A stretch of DNA of 20,000 bases from Ionaspis alba (lineage: Eukaryota). Made by a program: the position numbers and the translations under genes. This document shows, piece after piece, positions 8,835 through 19,319 of this stretch (position 1 is its first letter; every line of letters starts with the position of its first letter). The notes beneath the pieces are model-generated. The model was not told where the DNA came from, searched no databases, and saw only the letters and a program-made list of their open reading frames with translations. The stretch spans positions 46,127 through 66,126 of the forward strand of contig CAXUUL010000016.1 of the NCBI GenBank assembly GCA_964255285.1, given 5' to 3'.

Positions 8835-11145
8835 TGCACGTGGCGGTGAGGAGTGGCCGAAGAGAGGAAAGCTGGAATCGTCCAAGTCGGAATCAAGCAG
8901 GGCCGAGTCGAGATAGAGGCTGGACTGTCCGCCGAAACCGTCGATGGACTTGCGATGCCAGGAGAAGAGGAGATCCTTCTCCCGCTCCGACTTGCGCGGA
9001 TAGACAGGGCCGAAACCCTTGGGCGTGCCAACCGGAGTCGTTTCGCTGGGAGAGACTCGTTCAAAGTCACTTGGGGTGGGCGAGTAGTGTAGAGGAGGTG
9101 GAGTCTCTCGAGAATCCAGCTTTACGAATTATTGAAGTCGAGATCTTAGGGGGAAGAGAGGCGGATATAAGCGGTGAGGTGTTTCGAGGCGGGAATACGG
9201 CTTTTGGGTTGACAGTTGCGGCGAGTGGCGACGGTGTGTATTGCAGTTGCCAGTGAAGCTGAAGAAGATGAATAAAGTGCCTGCTTGATGAAGCTGGGGA
9301 GATAGGTGGGTGGATGAAGGAAGTGGTACGAGTAGTCGCAGGAGCAGTAATAGCAGGCGCACTAGTGGTAGTGAGAGACGGGATGCTTGGCGGGCTAGAA
9401 GACTAATGTAGGCATGGAATAGTAGTACCCATGTAATAACACTGTAATGAGAAGGACAGTGATGGTATTATTGTGGAAGAGTTATGTCAGAGCACCTTTT
9501 TACTTCCTCGTACTCCGTATGATTGGCACTATGACGAACCGAAACGGGGGGCACCGGCTGCTGAGTTAGGGACCCTGTTTAGCTTGACCACAGTATCCAT
9601 AAGCGCTTGTACACTTTACTCGTGCTCGCACTGTCCGCTGGATTCTCTCCACCACCCAGCACAACTGCCGGTAAAATATCCAGACTATTGACAAGCGTTA
9701 GATGGGGTAGTGCAGGTGCCTGCAGACTTAAGTCTGACCAGCTCCGACGATATAATCCGGTGTCAGACCACAGAAGTAGCATTTTTGTCAGCGTGCAAGC
9801 TTGCCGAGGAAGGGCCATGATCGTGAATGCCATCTGCCAACCTGCCTCGGAAGGCGGACGGAGTGGCAACACATACATGGCATGGACGGGGTGGCAAGAA
9901 TTATGAGTGTACAGCTTACGAAGTCCCTCTGCGACATCTTCAATCTTGACTCTAGTAATTGTTCTCGGAGGATGATGTCTGTTCTGAAGCATATGCAGAA
10001 GCGACGACACAGGGACTGTACGACATGTTATGGACGGTCATTATTGTTCCAACTGATCGATCTCCGTTCACCCTGATTATTCAGGGTTGTGGGATTGTGG
10101 AGAGGATCGGAAGGACCCGATCGTGAAACCTGTGGATGCTACCACACCATCGACATGTGCAATCGTTTAAGCAAGTCAGCGTTCCGATAGCTGGCTATGA
10201 TCAAATATGGTCCAGCATCGCCGGAACAAGGCTGTCATGATGGATTTTATGAGTTAGAGTCCCTTCAACAGCAATCAAGTACGGACGATATCACAAGAAA
10301 TGGGCCGTTTATAGCTGACGATTATAGGAAAGAAGTGATCTCCACGAGAATGAAACTCTCCAAATGTCCTCTGAGCGTAAGGGTATGCTTTTCTGATTAT
10401 GTGATCCCCTTGACATGGATAAATGGGGTATGATGAACAGAAAGGGGTATCTTGAAGAGCTGGAGAAGAAGATGGATATAGTGGAGGCTACTAAGAAAAA
10501 GAGTTTGGCGCCTCAGCGTTTCCACGTTTCTCAGGGTCTTGGCAATTCGGCTCTTCTTCTCGTTGATGACGGAACCCTATTTGCTGCACCAGGACGATCT
10601 AGCCCTTGGATGGGACCTAAGCATAGCTGACCACCAAAACAGCCGTCTGTCTTCCAGTCACCCATTGTCCTCTTATTCGATCCAATCTACATAGGGTAGA
10701 CCGGGCCAAGGACCCCGTCAAGCCACAATGCGGTGAATTGTACCTTCAATCAACCGATCAAGAAAACGGTTCCTGCTCTTCGACAGTTCCTTCCCTGTCA
10801 AACAGTACACTGGATGCCAATTCCAGACAACAGCTGGCAGCCCCGGAGAGCTGTGAGGCGCTACTACCATTGAGCGGCCAAAGCACAGTTGAGCTTCAAC
10901 CATGTAAGTTCGACGTGCTCTCTTGCCCCTTGTAGATTACATTAGATTATCAGGGTATGGAGTACCAACTCGTGGAGTCGGCGCTTCACCGGCGTGAGTT
11001 TACGAGTGATCGGCTGCTAAGGTCTCTGTCGTAGTGTGTTGCACGCGTCTGTCACTGAGGCCATGTATCTGAGCGGCTGAATCCGAACAACTCGAGGATG
11101 GTTCCAAGGAATAGGTAGCACACTCGAACAATCGGCTATCCTATA

Positions 11146-13508
11146 ATGTCATCGATCAGCCAAAAGCCTTTCTCTAACCCTGTCGAGCCATCAGCAGGGT
11201 TAGCAGCGGCACCGTCTTCTAATGTCGAGGACGGAACTGCACCATCCCCAGCTCAAGACCAAGACTCATCTACCACGAAGGCCGAAAAGTTTGAGAGGAA
11301 TGGTCGTCCTTCCGGAGAGACAGAATTGGAGCCACCAGCCAAGAAGACGAAATTGGATGGGTTTCCTGAGATTGCTGGTGTGGAAAGACGGAAAGGAGTA
11401 GCTCCTATCAAAGCAGAGTAGATAAGATTTCTCCTTTCATTGCCTTCTCGACCTCTGACCTCGATAGATACTTAATCAGTGCACTTGGAAGTAGGAGCCT
11501 GCCGGTCCAAGCGAGTGTCGACGATGGCGCAGCCGAGACGGTACCGCACACAGATGATCGAGATCACCCTAACGGAGGAGGAGGTAGGAGAAGGGAGAAA
11601 GGTAAAGGCCAAAATAAAGGTCGCGACTATGGCACTTCACGAGATGAAAGGGGCTTATGTCAAAGTCGTGCCCAGTTCGCAGAATTCTCCCCCTCTTCTT
11701 GCCCATTTGGAGACAATTGTAAGTTTGAGCACGATCTTCGAAAGTATCTTCGAGAATGGAAGAGAGAGGATTTGAAGACGCTCGGAGGAAGGTGTCCCGT
11801 CTGGACACTGAATGGTACATGCAGCTCTGGCTGGAAATGTCGCTTCGTGGGATCCCACTCAGAGGAGAGGGACACTCTCGATGGTCGGAAAGAGCTTGTC
11901 TTGATAGAGGGGGCCAAGATAAACCGGTCGACATCGGGCTCCGCCGACGACGACCGCGGACTTTATATCTTGAACCAAGTGTCAACGGGGGCCAAAGTGG
12001 ACCTGATGAAGCGAAGGATTCAGACTTCTAAAGCCGATGAATACTCGAACTGGCTTGACGAGAGTGGAAAGGTCACACTCAAACAACAAAACAGAAAGAA
12101 GTATGAGAATGAAGGCAGTAGCCGCGTGGGAGTAGCTCCTGGGGAGGCACGCGAAGATGCTAGAGCACAATACCGAGAGGCACCCTTTCTGCCAATCGAA
12201 AAACGGCGAATCTATTTCGGGCCAGAGACTCCAGTCCTTGCCCCCTTGACGACGCAGGGCAACCTGCCGTTCAGAAGGATGTGTATTGACTTTGGTGCGC
12301 AGCTTACTTATTCGGAGATGGCTATGAGCATGCCATTGATACAGGGACAGAAATCAGAATGGGCTTTGATGAAAGCGCATCGGATTGAGGCGGAGCCTCC
12401 ACGATACAGTCCATCATCGATAGTCACCGACTACGACAATGCCAAAGATCTACGGTTTGGTGCCCAGATTGCAGGGAACAAGCCGCATCAAGTCATGAAG
12501 GCAACGGAAGTGCTCACAAAGCTTTGTCCCCATCTCCGAGTCGTCGACTTGAATTGCGGCTGTCCGATTGACCTAGTGTATCGTCAAGGCGCAGGTTCTG
12601 CACTACTTGATAGCCAGCCGAAACTTGAAAAGATGCTACGTGGAATGAATGCTGTCTCTGGAGAGATCCCGATCACAGTGAAAATACGGATGGGTACTCG
12701 GGATGGAAAGCCCAACGCTTTGAAGCTGGTCGACCGTTTAGTGTATGGTGGTTCTGATGGTAATGAAGCCAGTGGTGAACCGTGTGGCATCGCGGCCATC
12801 ACTTTACATGGTCGAAGTAGACAACAGCGATATACCAAGAATGCTGATTGGAAATACATCTACGACTGTGCAGCTCTGATAAAGAGACACACCGAGTACG
12901 GTAATGATCTTGCCGACACCAATCGAGAGCCCGAACCACGACAGCAGTCACCCTCCAACAAGGTTTTCTTCCTCGGAAATGGAGACTGTTTCTCTCACGT
13001 TGACTACGACGCTCACATTCGGGATGCTAGGGTCGATTCAGTCATGATAGCCCGCGGAGCATTGATCAAACCCTGGATCTTTGAGGAAATTGAGAAAGGT
13101 CAATATCTCGACAAATCTGCTACAGAGCGTCTTGCGATGGTGGAGTCATATGTACGGTATGGATTAGAAACATGGGGATCCGATGAAATGGGAGTGGGTA
13201 CGACTAGGAGGTTCCTATTGGAATGGCTAAGCTTTGCATATCGATATGTCCCTGTGGGAATATTGGAGTATCTGCCACCCAATCTACAAGATCGGCCACC
13301 AGCATGGAAAGGAAGGAACGAGCTGGAGACGCTGCTAGGAAGTGATAATTACAAAGACTGGATAAAGATAAGGTATTGAGATTACATCCACGCCAGGTAA
13401 AGGATGCTAATTTCTAGTAGCGAAATGTTCTTGGGTCCTGCAACCAAGGACTTCCACTTCCAACCCAAACATAAATCCAACAGCTACGAGATAGAGGCTG
13501 AAGGTTAG
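11146..13508 (+). CDS. DUS3: tRNA-dihydrouridine(47) synthase; exons 11146-11417, 11468-13372, 13421-13508; 754 aa
   Basis: Splicing gives [10 protein letters not shown], two CCCH-type fingers ([24 protein letters not shown]), [14 protein letters not shown], catalytic [31 protein letters not shown] and C-terminal ISEMFLGP...[14 protein letters not shown]. Introns are 11418-11467 and 13373-13420. Confidence 0.95.
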
Positions 13509-14066
13509 TTTACAATACCGTGAACGAGATGTCAATAGAATAGGGCGCAGTGGGCGGAGAGTAGCTGGAGGGTAGCTTGCAATGCTATCAACTTAATGTC
13601 GATAGTCGATAGCTTATGTCCCAGTAGACACCGGCTCGCGTTGAGCTTTATAGCCACCGAAGGATCGGTTTATCTGGCGGTGGCTTGAGTTATGAGACAG
13701 ATACCTTAGAGAGAGGCTCAGAACTACGTTGGTTTCCTTGCCAGGCGCTGAAACAACACGGCTCGAGTATTTTGACAAATATTTAGAAGAATTGTAGCTC
13801 GCGTGCTGCCAGGATTCTCTTACTGGTATGACGTCGTCAGGATGTGCGAGGAACATGCTACCTCGCCTGTTTTGGCACGCACACAAGCACTAAACACGTT
13901 GTAATCGTTCTCCGAAACCAGACGTCCTTTGCTTTGAGATACAAGAGTCAACATATCCGCTCTATGTAGGTTGTCATCTATGGTATCAACATTCATATAG
14001 GAGGGAACGCTGATTACTTGCAGTACTGTCTTACCTCAGGGTTCATATTCTACTACCAACTCCAAC

Positions 14067-15004
14067 ATGACGCTCTACTACAGTCTGGTAAGTGCCAGCA
14101 GCTGCGTCATCAGCAGCTCTTAACCTTGTCTTCTTTATCTACCTACCACTCTCCCACTCATTCAATTGTAAACTTCTATACCTTTTGTATCGACCGCAAT
14201 GCCGTCCCTCGTCTTTGCACCTGTCAGGATCCGGAGTCCTTTGTTTGGAACGACCAAGCTGATGGTATGTTGATTAGGTCTTCTTGCTCCTGGTGGCAGA
14301 AATGGCAATCTTCGTATTGCTCATTGTCCCGTTGCCGTATAGAATGAAGCGTAAGCTGTTTACCTTCATATCCGAGAGTCCTATTATAGCGAAGTTGCAA
14401 TATGGAATGAAGGTTCAAATGCATACTGCTATCCCGCCCCTAACCTCATGCTTACCGTGATTAGATTACTTTCATCTTCATTCTGATCCTGTTCATCGAC
14501 AGTGTCAATCGTGTCTATCGCGTACAGGTTGAGTTGGCTCAGGCAACAAAGCAGGGCGGGCAGGCAGGGTATAAACTCCGTCCATCCCTTCGATCTGTCT
14601 TAGGCTAACCTGCTTGCAGCGCTGCTGCCATTGGTGGCTCCGAACGAATGGAAGTTCAAGCCCGCAAGTTCTACTCTCAACGCAATATGTATCTCTGCGG
14701 CTTCACACTCTTCCTCTCGCTCATCCTCAATCGTACCTACGTCATGATTCTAGACGTGCTACGTCTCGAAGAGAAGGTCAAGCGCTATGAGGGTGACCCA
14801 AAATCACAGGGCAAGAGCGCAGACAAGCTCGATCGGGCTGGTGATGCAGGAGAAATCGGAAAGCTCAAGAATCAGTTGGCTCAGAAGGACCGTGATCTCG
14901 CCACGTTGAAGAAGCAGAGTGAAGGCCTCAACAAGGAGTACGGCAACCTCAGTGACCAATATGGCAAGATGAACGCGGATGGTACACCCAAAAAAGACAG
15001 GTGA
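14067..15004 (+). CDS. BAP29/BAP31 (Yet3-like) ER membrane protein; exons 14067-14087, 14278-14412, 14465-14568, 14620-15004; 214 aa
   Basis: The spliced product reads MTLYYSLVFLLLVAEMAIFVLLIVPLP...ITFIFILILFIDSVNRVYRVQ...RMEVQARKFYSQRNMYLCGFTLFLSLILNR. It has three TM segments, a coiled coil (LKKQSEGLNKEY) and a C-terminal dilysine ER-retrieval motif KKDR. Confidence 0.92.
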
Positions 15005-15861
15005 AGAGCCTTGTGGCTGCTATCTGTACAGCTTGATCCAAGTCCCGTTGGTGGCTCTTATTTGGTGGCATTGGCTACCAAAAAGAGAGATTATTGTTGG
15101 ACTATGGACAGATTGAAACGGGTATAACGAGAATCGCAACGACGTTCGTCATTGGCGAAGGGCACACCTCAATTGAAACTGAAAAGTGGACAAGATTACA
15201 AGAATGTGCTTTGAAGTTCGTGGCACTTGTGACTCAAGGGTTCTCCTGCAATATGAACCAAAAAAGCGCTTTATGTTCAATAGAAGTGATGAGGCGTTTG
15301 ATCAATTTACAAGACTCTAATCAACGACATCGGGACCAACTAAAATCATTAAAATCTTATTTCGTTCTTCGTCAGTGTATTCTAGTAGTCCACGTCAAGT
15401 AAAATTCCGATAGCAGCACAACTGGTGAACTCGCATTAAGTCCGACTCTATCTACCAATCTTGGAGCATAATGGTGGTCCGCTATGATCTTGGTACCCAG
15501 GCCCTGATGGTAGCAGAACTATTGCTTTAGTGTGTATACAAGCTACATGTATTAACGGGACTCAAATATAACGGAGTCCAAAGTCTATTCATGATCGTGG
15601 CCCTTTGAGGGCTTCATCATTAATGGTTACAAAACAATAGAACATTTTTATATACCGATATCGGACTTGATGAGTCGTGACTCTGGAACGCCTTCTCTAT
15701 GCCGCGTGGACGATAATGGAGACCTCCTTTACAGTGGGGTATATATAACCCTGGGGAAAAATGCCTTCCATAAGAAAGGAAATGCGAAATACTGCCTAGA
15801 ATAGCTGTAAATCAAGTGGGTGTAGGCGTGATGCCTTGGAACTGAGGATCAAGCATAGAGA

Positions 15862-18106
15862 TCATGATTGAATCATGAGACTTTGGCGCATAGGAGCCTC
15901 CTCCACGTGAAATCCGAGCACGAACCGGAACAACTCTTTCAACCAAACATATTGCCCATTCCTGACCATCCATTGAACGGCTTTTCCAACGTCAGTGGCA
16001 CTGGCTCGTCGGGCTGGACCCGCTGATCTGAAAGACGGATCAGTCGCGACCAACTTCTTGTACTTCTCCAGTAGTTGGAGTTGCCAGGACGCGGTTCCAA
16101 AGGAGTCAGACGGTAGAGTACGAACGAAAGAAGCTAGTTTCTCGTCTCTTCGAAATCCCGTATTAACCGCTGCCTTGACAATCAAGAGTCTCAGACAGGT
16201 AAGTCGGGGGTCCTCTGACGGATTGATGACGGTGCTAGTAGAAGATGTTGTGTTATCCGAATAGTCGGACAGAGAGCTCGAGGATGAAGACCACTGGGGA
16301 CCCGGAAATCGATCGCTTGCGTCTGGCCCCAGAACCAGGATATTTGGAACTTGTGCTTCGTCCGGTGAAACCTGCTGAGTGTCTTCGAAGATAGTCGTTG
16401 GGGTCTCTGGATTCTGTCTCCCAAAGTCATCATCCTCGACATCTGACTCTGCCACTGAAATGTCAGCAGCCAGCTCAGTCTGTTTGGCTTGCTGAAATGC
16501 TTGGGTAAAGGTGGTTTGGCTAGGTCTTGGTGTCCCTCTTTCTGGTCGTACCTGGGTCCATCCTTCACGAAAAAGATCGCAAAGTTCCCAGCAAGCTTGG
16601 ACGGCGGATCCCAAAAGCTCCTCATCCGCTTGTTTGCCTTCCCTTTTGTTCTGTCTCAAAGTGAACAGCATTTCTGCTAATGACCAACAGGCTCGTAGCA
16701 ACGCATCTGTCTCTTCTCCAAAATGTGTCCGTTGTTTCATAAGCCGATGGCATAAAGTAACATAGAAATCGAGAGTTCGTTCTCGGAAAGCTTCAGGGAG
16801 TGTGCGATCGTGGGTATTGAACAGGTGATTATTCAGCTCGAAACTGACACGTAGTACTGAATCCGCGATATCATGTTCTCTTTGGCGTACCTCGAATAGG
16901 GTTTGGCAGAAATCTCGACATAAGTCCAAAGTCGCTCGTACATGTAATGAAGTGTCTTCGTCCCTCGTCTCGTAGAGCTTTTGGCATAATTTCCAGCATG
17001 ATTTCCATGCCTGTTCCCGCCCGTTCCGCTTCTTGACCGCGGCGAAAGTCCGCCCTCGATGTATATAGCTCAACCCCGCTAAAGTATTGCATAGAGTCCA
17101 GCATTCTCCCAAAGCTAATTTCAAAGCCGCAATCTCGTTGGTCGTCTTTTGAAATTGATCAATGGCAAAATCGATTGAATCCTGGCAATTCTCATCCTCT
17201 GGATCTTGCGTTTCGGGTATGTCTGCCATTTAAGTCAGACAGGTGCTTTCAACACATGAGAGCGTACGATACCGTCAAGAGGCCGTGACTTTAGCTTTGC
17301 GCTTTTTTCTTGTTCGAAAGTCTCTGCTTCCTGCCTTGTTTGAGCCCGTGGTGTTGCCGACCAGTCTCTTGTAGGGGGTATGTCCGTCGTGATAGGTGGA
17401 GGAGAGAGTGGGCTTTGAACATTCTGGATGTTGTTAATCGACCAAGTCATCTACCAATCAAACAGCCTACCGAATTATCCTGACCAGGATTTGTAATCGT
17501 AACGTCGGATCGTTGAGATGGAGTCGGAGTCGACCGGCGAACTTCTGGAGGAGATGGTGGAGCATGCTGTTGCCTGTTAGCTGAAAGCCCTTGCTCGAGC
17601 TGACAGTACCGACAAATCTTTCGAAGCTCTTCGGCGCATGTATAACTGAAGTCGGATAGGTCTCTTCAGAAGTTCGGGGTTCTCTTGTCGCATCCTTGGT
17701 TTTGAGCTGCGAGACCGTCAGCTTGGTAGATACCCTTGGTAGTATAACCAGCCTTCAAGTTCGATTCTGCGTCTGTTGTGAGCGTGCTTGTAGAGTGCAT
17801 GGACTCCTCTAATGCTGTATCATCTATATCTGTGGAATCTGTGCCTGTCGAGGAAGGGGCAATAGGTGACGGATCGGCGATATCGCTGGGACTGAGAGGA
17901 TGAGGTGACTTTGGGTTAGGCTGTAGATGACCGGTTGAATCCCTGAATGTGTAAGTGTGTTGATTGAACAAGCAATTGATGCTTACGTACGTTGAGGATC
18001 TGTTGTGATAAGGAGCAGGAGAACTGGGGGAGTCTGAGTACGGGGAGAACGCTGACATGAGATTGCTATTAGGGGACGGTATGAGAGGAGGCTGAACGGC
18101 CATCAT
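15862..18106 (-). CDS. Conserved fungal hypothetical protein, about 668 aa; proposed exons 18106-17991, 17942-17753, 17706-17614, 17566-17471, 17423-17273, 17222-15862
   Basis: The long last exon has helical C-W-x-L-C motifs (ECWTLCNTL, SCWKLCQKL, ACWELCDLF) and PETPTTIFED. The S/P-rich N-terminus (MSAFSPYSDSP, TSVIHAP, ATPRAQTRQE) is joined in frame by five 46-50 nt introns, each with a branch-like motif and YAG. The upstream exon boundaries are less certain than the last exon. Confidence 0.8.
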
Positions 18107-18274
18107 GATGAGAGCTGCAGAACGGAAGCACCGTAATTCGCAAGAGCTCAAGTTGAGATGGTTACTGGCATCAACGCGCACTGGAGGGGAGGTTGGATTT
18201 CAGCTAATCGGGTTTACTTCGGGAATCCTCCGACTGTCAAGCCAAGTTCGAAATGCTTAGGGATAGAGTATCTT

Positions 18275-19312
18275 ATGCCCATGGAGAACAACCCGCTGAT
18301 TGTTTCCAATGAGAGGTAATACTATACCTGTTACAAAACATCGCATAGCTGATTACGTTTGAATAGTGCTCTCAAGTCTCCACCTTTCCAATTCTTGATC
18401 GGGAGCAGCAAGACGCTCTTCACAATTCATAGGGCCCTCGTTGTCCACCACTCTGAACCTCTCGGCGCACTTGTTAGCGGACCTTTGCGGGAGGCAAAAG
18501 AAGGATGCGCCTGGCTAGAAGACGTCGATGAGCACACGTTTTCTCAAGTCGGCCAATACTTTTACACGGGTGACTATAAAGCTACCGATCCAGCAATTAT
18601 ACTTGACTCTTCCAACGTTCCGGCGGAAAACTCTAACCCAGCCGGTGAGCTCGCGAACGAAACCAGGTTTAAAGATAATGTACATGGTATGGACGAGGGA
18701 TTTGGTTTGGCAGTTGAAGAAGAGCCGGTTGGCGAGCCAGGACTAGCGCCGCTAGAGCCTCCAGTTTATAATACTCTGCCTGGGTGGAACTTCGATGCGA
18801 ACTTGAGCAAGGGTTACAAAAAGAAAAAGGGGTCTCCAATGTTCAGCGATGGACCCCCGGCAGCTGTGAAGTCCAAGAAATCTCTGCTGTGGGAAGACTT
18901 CAAGAGCCTGTCATATCCTCGCTCGGGGCCCGAGTTCAAGCCACGCAAGAACCATGAAGCTTGCGAGGATTACACCGAGGTTTTTCTAGGCCATGCTCGG
19001 CTTTATGTCTTTGCCGACAAGTATAGCATCGATCATTTACGCTCGCTTTGCCTCCAGAAGCTCCATCAGACTTTGGTTAAGTTCACGCTGTACGAAGAAC
19101 GAGTTGGGGATATTGTAGAACTTCTACGCTACGGCTACTCGAATACAGCTGACCACACGAACTCACATGACGCTCTAAGGTTACTCATCATACGGTATGC
19201 GGCATGTGTCGTCGAGAAATTATTGCGGAACGAAGACTTCCGATCGCTTCTAGAAGATCCTGGCCAGTTAGCCAAGGACCTGGTCGAAGAAATGCTCAAA
19301 AGACTGGACTGA
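18275..19312 (+). CDS. BTB/POZ domain-containing protein; exons 18275 (or 18281)-18315 and 18367-19312; about 326-328 aa
   Basis: Intron 18316-18366 (AG|GTAATA..GCTGAT..TAG) joins MENNPLIVSNE to SALKSPPFQFLIG. Fungal BTB-type motifs: FTIHRALVVHHSEPLGALVSGPLREAKEG, LEDVDEHTFSQVGQYFYTGDY, FLGHARLYVFADKYSIDHLRSLCLQKL. Confidence 0.88.
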
Positions 19313-19319
19313 GTCTTTA

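Noticed and set aside
9129..9362. 77-aa GTG-start ORF in the same frame as SFP1, separated by a single TAA (possible readthrough or sequencing error)
   Set aside because: It is low-complexity pyrimidine-rich leader sequence with no ATG. The CUG just after the stop is the simpler explanation.
14088..14277. Longer 190-nt first intron of the BAP31-like gene as a snoRNA host or nested intron
   Set aside because: No C/D or H/ACA layout is visible, and the internal GTATGT lies between branch site and acceptor, too close to act as a donor.
15005..15861. Box C-like RTGATGA motifs (near 15286 on plus, 15620 on minus) suggesting a C/D snoRNA, and ORF 15094-15402
   Set aside because: No box D at a suitable distance and no terminal stem. 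The ORF has a non-ATG start and no homology cues.
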